Shown here piece by piece: positions 10,602-26,071 of a stretch of 64,000 bases of DNA. Both the position numbers and the translations under genes were made by a program. A model generated the notes under the pieces. That model searched no databases, was not told where the DNA came from, and was given only the letters and a program-made list of their open reading frames with translations. How positions within the stretch are numbered: position 1 is the stretch's first letter; each line of letters opens with the position of its first letter. The DNA lies in contig OY970212.1 of assembly GCA_963713925.1 (NCBI GenBank), forward strand, positions 1,152,001 to 1,216,000. The letters are read 5' to 3'. This DNA is from an uncultured bacterium (GTDB taxonomy: Bacteria; Babelota; Babeliae; Babelales; Vermiphilaceae).

Positions 10602-10741
10602 AGAATTCTCCTGAGATAAATTAGTAATACTTTTTTTACTATAGAATAGAGAATTACTTCTTGTCTACACTTGAGACTTGCGCAAAGATTTCAAGCTATG
10701 TCATGCTCAAGAAGTATAAAAAAATGTAAGGAGAAATTGTT

Positions 10742-11356
10742 ATGAATTTTTATAATACAATCGTTGTTGCAACAGTATGTCTGTTGTGCATCAATTGGGG
10801 AGGACAAGAAAGTATTGAGCGAGGAAAACACTCGATTAATTACTATGGGACTATCTTTCCGCGCGAAGGCGACCCAATTAAAGTCGAAAATATTTCTATC
10901 TCAAACATAACAAAGCAAATACCCGTTTATGAAGTCCCATCTTCTCATGAAAAAGAGGTTGACCAACAAGGAAAAGTGACGACAAACTATCTTTTAAGAG
11001 AAGATCCTCGCAAAGGGATAATAACTCGCATTGATCTGGTTGAAACAAAAAAAATTGAAGTTCCTGATCCAACTGAATGGAAATATACGCGTAAAAATGG
11101 AAGCTCCACTTCGTCATTTATAAAAATAGTTGTGACAACAAATGGTGAAACTCCCACAAAACATGATTTTCTCATTGAAGAGTCTCGAAAAATATTCTGC
11201 TCGGAAAATAATACGATTGATCGAGAAGTTCCATTCAGATCACTTTTGAAAATTGAGTTTGAAGGATATGAATTAAGAGAAGTTGAACAAGCAAAAAACA
11301 TTCGAAACCATCATGGAAAACGGCGGATGAAAACTCAATCTCAATCGGCCGCATAA
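10742..11356 (+). CDS. Hypothetical exported protein
   Basis: 204-aa ORF, SD AAGGAG, signal-like N-terminus. Confidence 0.75.
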   Translation: MNFYNTIVVATVCLLCINWGGQESIERGKHSINYYGTIFPREGDPIKVENISISNITKQIPVYEVPSSHEKEVDQQGKVTTNYLLREDPRKGIITRIDLVETKKIEVPDPTEWKYTRKNGSSTSSFIKIVVTTNGETPTKHDFLIEESRKIFCSENNTIDREVPFRSLLKIEFEGYELREVEQAKNIRNHHGKRRMKTQSQSAA

Positions 11357-11488
11357 TGATGGGGAGCATCTATAGTTATATCGACACTACGCGCGAGACT
11401 CGTTACACTTAGATGCAGGGTCCCATGTGAAGCCATGGGTAAAAAGAAAGTAGCTAAAAGTAAAAAAACTATTGCAAAGGCTTAAAAA

Positions 11489-11806
11489 ATGACTCATGTA
11501 ACAAAAGCAAACTACAAACAAGAGGTTGAAACATCACGTCTTCCCGTTATTATCGATGTATATGCAAGCTGGTGTGGGCCATGTCAAATGATGGAACCAA
11601 TTGTAACCGCCCTAGAAAAAGAAATGGGGTCTGAATACAAATTTCTGAAACTCAATGTTGATGAGGCGCGAGATCTATCAATTGAATTCGGCGTCACTTC
11701 TGTTCCTACCTTCCTCTTTATTAAAAACAACCAAGTTCGTGGTAGAGAAACGGGATACATGGATAAAGAAGATTTAAAGAAAAAAATCACCGGCTATTTG
11801 AACTAA
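11489..11806 (+). CDS. trxA: Thioredoxin
   Basis: WCGPC active site, 105 aa, SVPT motif. Confidence 0.95.
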   Translation: MTHVTKANYKQEVETSRLPVIIDVYASWCGPCQMMEPIVTALEKEMGSEYKFLKLNVDEARDLSIEFGVTSVPTFLFIKNNQVRGRETGYMDKEDLKKKITGYLN

Positions 11807-11811
11807 ATTGT

Positions 11812-11843
11812 AGAGGCGCTTGTACAGCGCCTCTTTTATTTTT
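11812..11843 (+). terminator. Intrinsic terminator after trxA
   Basis: AGAGGCGCT-tgtac-AGCGCCTCT then TTTATTTTT. Confidence 0.8.
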
Positions 11844-11855
11844 ATCGGGCTGTTA

Positions 11856-12099
11856 GGGCCAGTCGAGTTTTAAAAACACAAAAAACAACTCCAATCCGTT
11901 CGTGGTGAGTGTAGTGTAGCGAAATCGAACCATACGAACAGTTATGTGACACAATAAGAACAAATTTTTGATCAAGCAACTATTCCGTTCGATTTGGTTC
12001 GACTCCATTACATTACGCTCACCACGAACGGAGTATTTTCTCCTCTAAAAATACTTACACGGGCACCATTTTTTCATGTCTACAAAACTCAACGGAACC
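11856..12099. mobile_element. Family B MITE/REP element (two inverted cores)
   Basis: CCGTTCGTGGTGAG...TCGAACCATACGAAC and its inverse; right end AAAACTCAACGGAACC; flanked by TTA/TAA. Confidence 0.85.
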
Positions 12100-12113
12100 T
12101 AAGCCGTGGAAAG

Positions 12114-12542
12114 TTATTTCATACTAAAAGGTGGCGCTTTGCCTGCATCACAGAGAGTTACACCATACAACGCCTCATCCTCACCTAATGGTATTACTTT
12201 CTGCCTGTAAGACATCAAACCCAACATATCAAAAAACTGCTCTGTTGTGCTAATATCATCGAAAATACCACGTTGCAAATCAACTAATAGGGCAATTCCT
12301 TGCGGGGTAACAATCCGAGCCGGCACCCCACCTTTCATGATAACGCCATATCCGCTTTTAGATTTAAACAATGGTATTACCTGCGCATTCGAACACAACT
12401 CAAAGGTACAATCCTTTGCTCGAGATTTAGTCATTATTTTGTACACCACAGAAAAAATTGAATCTCGTATAGGATCACGATCTGGAATATCAGCACTGAA
12501 AATGTTTGTGGCGAGCGCAAGAAATAGTAACTTTCGATACAC
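12114..12542 (-). CDS. Hypothetical secreted protein, paralog of 12603-13013
   Basis: GTG start after AGGGGAG; shares Y.(V/I)IMK.G(V/I)P..(I/L)VT..G motif with neighbour. Confidence 0.75.
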   Translation of the reverse strand: MYRKLLFLALATNIFSADIPDRDPIRDSIFSVVYKIMTKSRAKDCTFELCSNAQVIPLFKSKSGYGVIMKGGVPARIVTPQGIALLVDLQRGIFDDISTTEQFFDMLGLMSYRQKVIPLGEDEALYGVTLCDAGKAPPFSMK

Positions 12543-12602
12543 TAAGATTCTCCCCTTTTAGGAAATACTAAGCCGATAGCATATTAATATCGCATATTTA
12601 TT

Positions 12603-13013
12603 TCATAATCTTGCAAGCGCAGGCGCATTTCGACCAACAGAATATCTTGTCCCACCAACCCATAACGTTAATGATGATGGTTTCTTTATCTCGCAAAGGT
12701 TCAGCGCTTTCATGACCCTTTCTTCTACATCGCTGAGATTGCCCCACACAGTTCCTATCAATGGAGTATACCCTCGTGAAGTAACGAGATAAGAGGGAAT
12801 TCCTTCTTTCATTATAATTTCATAATCATCAGCAGAATCTGTTTTAGCAAGAGACTTCAGTTGAGGTTTTGGATCCTCAAACCGTCCTTGCCTTGATCTC
12901 TGTGCAATTCTCACAACAGTGTCAAAAATTTTTCGACCTCTTGTATCCAAATCTTTATTAGAAGATCCAATCAATGGAAAAAAAGAAAAAGTTAATGCTA
13001 TCATTATTTTCAT
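12603..13013 (-). CDS. Hypothetical secreted protein, paralog of 12114-12542
   Basis: Start MKIMIALTF; YEIIMKEGIPSYLVTSRG. Confidence 0.75.
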   Translation of the reverse strand: MKIMIALTFSFFPLIGSSNKDLDTRGRKIFDTVVRIAQRSRQGRFEDPKPQLKSLAKTDSADDYEIIMKEGIPSYLVTSRGYTPLIGTVWGNLSDVEERVMKALNLCEIKKPSSLTLWVGGTRYSVGRNAPALARL

Positions 13014-13026
13014 ATAAGTCCTTTCA

Positions 13027-14355
13027 TTATTTTTTATCAACAACAGTATATCCAAGCGCATGCAATTGATCACGAATAATATCAGCTCTCTTCCAATCTT
13101 TTGCAGCTCGAGCTTGAGACCGCTCATCTAACAGTTTTTGAATTTCGGGAGTTATTTCTTGAGCCGCTTCCGGTAATGGCTTGAGATCGAGCCCAAAAAT
13201 GTGTTGTATGACATATTTAACTGCCGCGCGCATTCGTTCATCTGTTGTCATGGACTGTTGAGATTCAAATATAACTCCCCAAGCTCCCGGTGTATTTAAA
13301 TCATCGAGAATAAATTCAAACATGCGTTTGACTACTGGATGAGATAATGCGTCTGCTTGCGTGATATCGTCAGTCGGATGATTTTTGAAAAAAGTGCTTA
13401 ACCGTTGATAGCTCTTTTGTAATGAGGCAATATCATCAAAAGAAAAATCAATTGGAGCTCGATAATGGTGGCTTAATATATAAAAGCGAATGACCATCGG
13501 ATCGAATTTGTTAAAAATCTCGCGTAACGTAAAAAAATTTCCGAGCGATTTGGACATTTTCTCTTTGTTGATCATAACAAAGCCATTATGCAACCAATAA
13601 CGCGCAAATGGCTTTCCGGTTAGTCCTTCCGTTTGCGCGATTTCATTTTCGTGATGCGGAAAAATGAGATCTGCTCCACCGGCATGAATATCGATTTGTT
13701 CACCCAAATATCGTTTTGACATCGCCGAACATTCAATATGCCATCCTGGTCGACCTGGCCCCCACGGGCTTGGCCATGAGACTCCATCTTTTTCACCTTT
13801 CCAGAGCGCAAAATCAAGCGGAGATTTTTTGATGTCTCGCACATCAACGCGTGCTCCAGCGACAAGTTCATCGAGTTTCTGGCGAGAGAGCTTGCCATAT
13901 CCCGGAAATGTAGCAATGTCATAGTAGACATCGCCATCAACCACATACGCCTTGCCCTTATCAATGAGTCCTTGAATGAAGGTAATGATAGTATCAATAT
14001 TTTCAGTCACATATGGTTCGATCTCAGGCCTGAGGCATGCGAGCCGATCCATGTCTTCATGATAGGCCGGAATAAAAGTGTTGGTAATTTCTTTATAAGA
14101 TGCTGCATTGCCCAGCTGGGCAGCAGCTCGATTTAAAATTTTGTCGTCAATGTCAGTGAAATTTCTGCAATACGTAACTGCATATCCTTGCGACTTCAAA
14201 ACACGAAAAAGCAAATCAAAGGTGACATAACAACGCCCGTGCCCCATGTGCGCATAGTCATAAGGAGTGATTCCACACACATACATGCTCACCCGAGCTG
14301 GGTCACGTGGTTGAAAATGTTCTTTGCTTGCCGTCAATGTATTAAATAATTTCAT
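13027..14355 (-). CDS. cysS: Cysteine--tRNA ligase
   Basis: YVCGIT, HMGH, GRPGWHIECSAM, FPHHENE, KMSKS. Confidence 0.98.
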   Translation of the reverse strand: MKLFNTLTASKEHFQPRDPARVSMYVCGITPYDYAHMGHGRCYVTFDLLFRVLKSQGYAVTYCRNFTDIDDKILNRAAAQLGNAASYKEITNTFIPAYHEDMDRLACLRPEIEPYVTENIDTIITFIQGLIDKGKAYVVDGDVYYDIATFPGYGKLSRQKLDELVAGARVDVRDIKKSPLDFALWKGEKDGVSWPSPWGPGRPGWHIECSAMSKRYLGEQIDIHAGGADLIFPHHENEIAQTEGLTGKPFARYWLHNGFVMINKEKMSKSLGNFFTLREIFNKFDPMVIRFYILSHHYRAPIDFSFDDIASLQKSYQRLSTFFKNHPTDDITQADALSHPVVKRMFEFILDDLNTPGAWGVIFESQQSMTTDERMRAAVKYVIQHIFGLDLKPLPEAAQEITPEIQKLLDERSQARAAKDWKRADIIRDQLHALGYTVVDKK

Positions 14356-14583
14356 TGATCTCTCATTGCAATTTTTTTACGACTTGATGGTCGTTGGTTT
14401 TGAAATAAGGTTGAATAACACTCCATTCATTATAAAAAAAAAATAATAACTTCATAGTATAAGGTGGCCAATTTTGTAAAAACGGGTATGATCAGGATAA
14501 AAAACGAAATGGACCGCCAATCAGACCCACTGCTGATTGGTATAAAAAAGGATGTTGCCATCGAGCGCCAGGGAGCTTTTTAC

Positions 14584-17157
14584 ATGACACTTGCACCTTC
14601 CAAAATCATACTTCTTTTTATTGCATGTACCGGTTTAATTTTGCAACCTGTTTCTATGTTTTGTGGTGAGCAAAATATAGAATATGAAGAACAAAATGAT
14701 CGACCGGAAGAAACAATATTGCAAGATGAAGACGGTGAAGAGATTATTGATGATATCATCGATGATAATTCGAATGCCTCAAATCAAGTTGCTACAAACA
14801 ATGTGACGGGACGGAAAATTCGATCTATTTTTATTGAAGGTAATAAACAAATCAGCTCTCAAGCGATACTCTATCGCTTGCCCTATAAATCGGGTGAAAT
14901 CTATGATCCGGCCAAAACACGTTCTCTCATTAAACGTTTGTATAAAGATTTAAAACGCTTGCGCCATATTGCTGTCTATGGAGAACCTGTCGGATCAGAT
15001 ATGATCGACTTGTATGTTGTCGTGCAGGAAAAAAAACTTCTTAAGGATTTCAGACTGGTCAACAACACACAAGTTTCAACAAAAGAAATTTTGGAAAAAA
15101 CAAAATTAGATCAAATTCCCGCAATAGACTATGAAGAACTGAAAGTTATTTCAAGCAAGATCAGACATTTGTACTCAGAAAAGGGATACCACTCTGTCGA
15201 CATCAACGCGCGCCTTGAAATCGATTCTGATGATAAAGCTGTCCTCGTGTTCGAATTTACTGAATATCCAAAATCATTAGTCAAAAAAATCAAATTTATC
15301 GGCAATGAGGCATTCCCCGGGAAAAAGTTGCGATCAACGCTCTACTCAAGAGAAGATTGGATTCTCAGTTTTATGGATGGGTCGGGAATTTATCAAAAAG
15401 AGCGAACCGAGGCAGACAAACAGGTTATCGAGCAATTGTATCAAAACCATGGGTATATTGGCGCGAAAGTGACTGATGTTACGGTGGAAACCGATGAATG
15501 TTCTCAAGACATCACCCTCACCTATTATATTGAAGAAGGGGCGCAATATTGCGTCGGAACCGTTACGGTCGTTGATGCCGATGGATTGTCCGGAGCAAAA
15601 ATAGCTGAATGTTTGCCCTTGCAACCCGGCGATATATATTCACGTGAAAATGTCGTGGAATCGATCAAGTTTATTGAACATATTTGGAATGATCGTGGAT
15701 ATTTGTATGCCAACGTTGAACCTCGCATGAATCCTGATGATGTAAACAAAACAGTGGATGTCACATTTGATCACGATTTGGGTGATAAAGTTTTCTTGAG
15801 AAACCTCACCATCGTCGGTAACAACAAAACACGTGACAAAATTATCAGGCGCCAGTTGTTGGTTGAAGAAGGCGGACTGTTGACCGAATCTGCAATGGAG
15901 GCATCAAAAAACAGAGTTGAATCGCTCGGATATTTTGAGTTAAAAGATGGTGTCACCTGGAAAATGACGCGCGTTAATCAAAATTTGGCTGACCTTGATT
16001 TGATTTTGAAAGAAGCAAAAACCGGTAACGCGTCTTTCCAGCTTGGATTTAATGGAACAGCATCAATTAACTCGCCCGCAGATGGCCTTGCAATGGATTT
16101 TAATGTCGCAGACAGCAATTTGGGTGGCTGGGGCGTCAGCGTCAATCTCAATGGACGTCTGGCTAAAAATGAAAAAACATTTATTGCAAACATCACACAA
16201 CCATGGCTTTTTGACAAACCGATTATGAGCGCAGTTGATGTCTACCACAAACGTTTAGGCTATGATGATTTCAAGGCAACGACTGCAGTTAATGAGCTAC
16301 GCACGGGCGGATCATTAACAACAGGATTTATGACAATACTTCCGCGATTCAATTTTACTGACGTGTTTGTCAGATCGAATCTTGGCTTTGATAGTATTAC
16401 CTATCAAGGAGTTCCCAATGATATCACCAGGATGCCTGACCAAGTGGGACTTTTTAACAACGCCGATGCCACCATACAATACAGAAGACTTCTCAATGAG
16501 GAATTTACACCGGGCCATCTGACGTGGCTGACTTTCACTGTCGGACAAGAAAAGAAAAACCACCCGATGCATCCAAGCAAAGGATATGCGTGGGTTGCTC
16601 GTTCGTATACTGGCATCCCAAATCCTGCAAGCCCTCTTGCATTTGAAAAAATCGATCTCGATTTTCATTGGTATACCCCATTAATCGGTGATCGCGATCT
16701 TATTTTCCACTGGCATAACTATTTTGGATATATTGTTCCTCTCACGAACAAAATCATTCCATTTGGTGAATTGTTTCACATCGGAGGGCCTGCAAGTGTG
16801 CGCGGATATCTCTTTGGACAACTCAGTCCACGATTTAATGTAAATGGTGCGTCCGATTCAATTGGTGCATCACGAACGCTTTTCGTTAATGCAGAATTGA
16901 TCTTCCCAATTCAACCAGACATGACGATCAAGGGTGTCTTGTTCTATGACGGTGGATCAGGATGGAACACGCCATATCGCACTCCGGCCAACCAACAATT
17001 TATTATCAACAACAATTTTGATTATCGTCATGCAATCGGGGCCGGAATTCGTCTTTTAAATCCGATGCCTATTAAAATTGATGTCGGCTTTAAACTAGAT
17101 CCACGCCCAGGCGAATCGCCCTATGAAGTGCATTTTGGCATGAATTACGATTGGTAA
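14584..17157 (+). CDS. bamA: Outer membrane protein assembly factor BamA
   Basis: POTRA repeats (GNNKTRDKIIRR), GGPASVRGY, barrel ending in W; start uncertain. Confidence 0.93.
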   Translation: MTLAPSKIILLFIACTGLILQPVSMFCGEQNIEYEEQNDRPEETILQDEDGEEIIDDIIDDNSNASNQVATNNVTGRKIRSIFIEGNKQISSQAILYRLPYKSGEIYDPAKTRSLIKRLYKDLKRLRHIAVYGEPVGSDMIDLYVVVQEKKLLKDFRLVNNTQVSTKEILEKTKLDQIPAIDYEELKVISSKIRHLYSEKGYHSVDINARLEIDSDDKAVLVFEFTEYPKSLVKKIKFIGNEAFPGKKLRSTLYSREDWILSFMDGSGIYQKERTEADKQVIEQLYQNHGYIGAKVTDVTVETDECSQDITLTYYIEEGAQYCVGTVTVVDADGLSGAKIAECLPLQPGDIYSRENVVESIKFIEHIWNDRGYLYANVEPRMNPDDVNKTVDVTFDHDLGDKVFLRNLTIVGNNKTRDKIIRRQLLVEEGGLLTESAMEASKNRVESLGYFELKDGVTWKMTRVNQNLADLDLILKEAKTGNASFQLGFNGTASINSPADGLAMDFNVADSNLGGWGVSVNLNGRLAKNEKTFIANITQPWLFDKPIMSAVDVYHKRLGYDDFKATTAVNELRTGGSLTTGFMTILPRFNFTDVFVRSNLGFDSITYQGVPNDITRMPDQVGLFNNADATIQYRRLLNEEFTPGHLTWLTFTVGQEKKNHPMHPSKGYAWVARSYTGIPNPASPLAFEKIDLDFHWYTPLIGDRDLIFHWHNYFGYIVPLTNKIIPFGELFHIGGPASVRGYLFGQLSPRFNVNGASDSIGASRTLFVNAELIFPIQPDMTIKGVLFYDGGSGWNTPYRTPANQQFIINNNFDYRHAIGAGIRLLNPMPIKIDVGFKLDPRPGESPYEVHFGMNYDW

Positions 17158-17203
17158 TGGGTATCCGAAAAAAAAGAAAAGAGTAGTAAAAGAGGAAAAA
17201 GCA

Positions 17204-17521
17204 ATGAAGCGATGTGTCAGTTTTGTTTTCATACTATTTTTTTTCAACATCCCGATCAACGCATCAGAATCATATCTCGACCAATGTATCGCTGCCGGAA
17301 TTCCTAAAAACGTTGCAACAATAATGAATAGACTTGAAAGAAACGAACAGGAGCATGGCGCTTGCACCTCTGAAAAACGACGAACGCAAATCATCGCATT
17401 ACTAGAATCGGGATCCTCAGCACGTAATGTATTATCACCCTATCTTGATATGGCATACAAATGGAAAGATGAAACAGCTGTAGGAGCGCTCACTCAGTTC
17501 GGCGTAAAAAAAGAAGCCTAA
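17204..17521 (+). CDS. Small hypothetical secreted protein
   Basis: SD GAGGA, signal peptide MKRCVSFVFILFFF. Confidence 0.7.
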   Translation: MKRCVSFVFILFFFNIPINASESYLDQCIAAGIPKNVATIMNRLERNEQEHGACTSEKRRTQIIALLESGSSARNVLSPYLDMAYKWKDETAVGALTQFGVKKEA

Positions 17522-17527
17522 ATACAC

Positions 17528-17556
17528 TTGACAAGATTTTTTAGTTGAGTTGTGAT
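17528..17556 (+). promoter_or_regulatory. Putative sigma70 promoter of the collagen-like cluster
   Basis: TTGACA-17 nt-TGTGAT upstream of 17623. Confidence 0.4.
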
Positions 17557-17595
17557 GGATCAACGATAACGGATAAAAAAGCCGTATTATTTTAA

Positions 17596-19332
<1,737 letters not shown>

Positions 19333-19351
19333 TAAAAAAAGCCAATAAAAA

Positions 19352-19384
19352 AGGGTCGTATGATTAAATTTTCATGCGACCCCT
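19352..19384. terminator. Hairpin between collagen-like genes 1 and 2
   Basis: AGGGTCGTATGA...TCATGCGACCCT with A-runs on both sides. Confidence 0.5.
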
Positions 19385-19409
19385 CATAAAAAAAGAAAGA
19401 GAGATGTAA

Positions 19410-23954
<4,545 letters not shown>

Positions 23955-23962
23955 GGACTTCT

Positions 23963-26056
23963 ATGTGGATTAATACATTACCCAAACTTCGTTTTTTTTG
24001 TTTCCTCCGTCGCCTGTCAGCTATGGCGAGACAAGCCGTGTGGGGCCCCAATAAAAAACTACTCATGACTGTGTCCTTCGCTATGTTGTCATGTCAATCA
24101 GCTCATATAACTTATAAATATTTAGATCCCTCATTTGGACCCGATCAAACCGGAGTTGTGATATTTACTGATCAAACGCTGACATCATTTACTCATGTAA
24201 GTCTTCAATCTGCTGATAATAAAATTGTCGTGAGTGGGTCGACCAGTAATAGCGCCTCGCAAACCGTGGTCGCACGTTATGAAACAACAGGAGAACTTGA
24301 TACAACATTTGGAACCGGTGGATTTACCAATGTTCTTACCGGGAATGCATCTTCCTCCTTTGCAAATGTCATTAATTCAACTGGAAACATCATAGTAGTC
24401 GGCAGTAGCCAATCAACAGAAAGCGATATCACGCTCTGGAGTTTTACAAGCGCCGGTGCTCTCGATCCTTCATTTGGTAGTTCAGGCACTACAATTACTC
24501 CACTCAATGATGGAGCTGCAGCATACGATGTCGGCCTTCAGTCTGACCAAACAATTGTCATTGCAGGAGCAACCATCATAAGCGGTATACCTTATGCATT
24601 TATTGCTCGTTATACAACTGCTGGAGTTCTTGACACAACATATGCAACCGGAGGAATATTTCAAACTTCCATATTTAATTATGCAATAGCACGCACCATT
24701 GCCATACAACCAGACGACAAAGCGGTTGTAGGTGGGACCGCACTCAGCGGCTCAAATCTGATATATGGATTAGCCCGATTGACAACAACAGGCACACTCG
24801 ATTCAACATTTGGCTCAGGAACCGGTATTGTCACCGGACAAATTCCGGGTTCAACATCCGATATCATCTATGATGCGCAGTTACAATCGATCGCTCCAAA
24901 TGCAGGAAAAATTATTGCGGTCGGATCAACATTTATCAACAGTGTTCGACAAGTATTTGTTGCACGATTCAACACTGATGGCTCTTTGGATACCACCTTC
25001 GCCTCAAGCGGTTACTTTATTCAAGCATATGGAAATACGAGCTCGGCGCTAGCAGTCTCGATCCAATCAAATGACAATATCGTTTTTACCGGAAACTCAG
25101 ACAGCTATCCTCTCACCGGACGCCTCACCCCCAATGGAGCCCTTGATACCACATTCGGCAATAATGGAGCTGTTATCACAAACTTATTATCCCCTGTATC
25201 TTTACAATCAACAACGATCGATAACAATGACAAGCCAGTGAGTGTTGGATCAATACAAGATAGTGGTATTTTAATACGCTATCTTTCGACCAATCAGGAC
25301 CTCATTGGAATTACATATCCTGACAATGGTGCCGTCGCACATATTTGTGCGCCGCTCATCACGGGAACGTCGTCTGCTTCTATTGGCACAACAGTAAACA
25401 TTTTTATTGATGGCATTCTTGTCGGATCAGCACTCACCGAATCTGACGGAGTATGGACATTCTATGACACACCTGCTCTGTCATCTGGAGCTCACACAGT
25501 TACAGCTCAGTTGGTGAATGGACAATCGCCGGAACCTTCTGTCACCAATAACTTCACTGTCATGCTGTGCTCGGCAACGGGTGCGACTGGTGCAACCGGA
25601 GCAGATTTCACCGCGCAGGATTACGCATATGTTTACCACACCGCATCGGACCCTATATCAACGGCAAATACTTTCCAGACCATCAATTTCAGCAATACTC
25701 CAATATTGAATGGGTGGAACGCATCACCAACGGGAGTACTGACTAATCCAGACTCCGGCACTTATCTTGCGCAATGGGGAATTTTTGCACAACAAAATAA
25801 TGTCTTCAACCAGTTGGTGACAACTCGACTATTGTTGAATAGTGCTTCTGTTGCTGGAAGTGTTGGAAGTGTTTATACAATGCCCGCAACCAATCAACCA
25901 ACCAATTTAACCGGTCGATGTTTAATAACCTACATAGCCAACCAACAACTCATGTTACAATGGACCGCTTCAGCTGCTGGCGTATCATTAGCCCCTGCGG
26001 GACCGAGTGGGGAAATTCCTGCATCAGCTCAATTAGTTATCGAACGAATCAATTAA
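23963..26056 (+). CDS. Paralog 3: propeller repeats, Ig-like domain, minimal collagen, BclA-like tip
   Basis: ATG 23963 after GAGGA; same repeats; only ATGATGATGA stalk; palindromic insert in N-terminus. Confidence 0.9.
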   Translation: MWINTLPKLRFFCFLRRLSAMARQAVWGPNKKLLMTVSFAMLSCQSAHITYKYLDPSFGPDQTGVVIFTDQTLTSFTHVSLQSADNKIVVSGSTSNSASQTVVARYETTGELDTTFGTGGFTNVLTGNASSSFANVINSTGNIIVVGSSQSTESDITLWSFTSAGALDPSFGSSGTTITPLNDGAAAYDVGLQSDQTIVIAGATIISGIPYAFIARYTTAGVLDTTYATGGIFQTSIFNYAIARTIAIQPDDKAVVGGTALSGSNLIYGLARLTTTGTLDSTFGSGTGIVTGQIPGSTSDIIYDAQLQSIAPNAGKIIAVGSTFINSVRQVFVARFNTDGSLDTTFASSGYFIQAYGNTSSALAVSIQSNDNIVFTGNSDSYPLTGRLTPNGALDTTFGNNGAVITNLLSPVSLQSTTIDNNDKPVSVGSIQDSGILIRYLSTNQDLIGITYPDNGAVAHICAPLITGTSSASIGTTVNIFIDGILVGSALTESDGVWTFYDTPALSSGAHTVTAQLVNGQSPEPSVTNNFTVMLCSATGATGATGADFTAQDYAYVYHTASDPISTANTFQTINFSNTPILNGWNASPTGVLTNPDSGTYLAQWGIFAQQNNVFNQLVTTRLLLNSASVAGSVGSVYTMPATNQPTNLTGRCLITYIANQQLMLQWTASAAGVSLAPAGPSGEIPASAQLVIERIN

Positions 26057-26071
26057 AAAGGAGTATTAATA

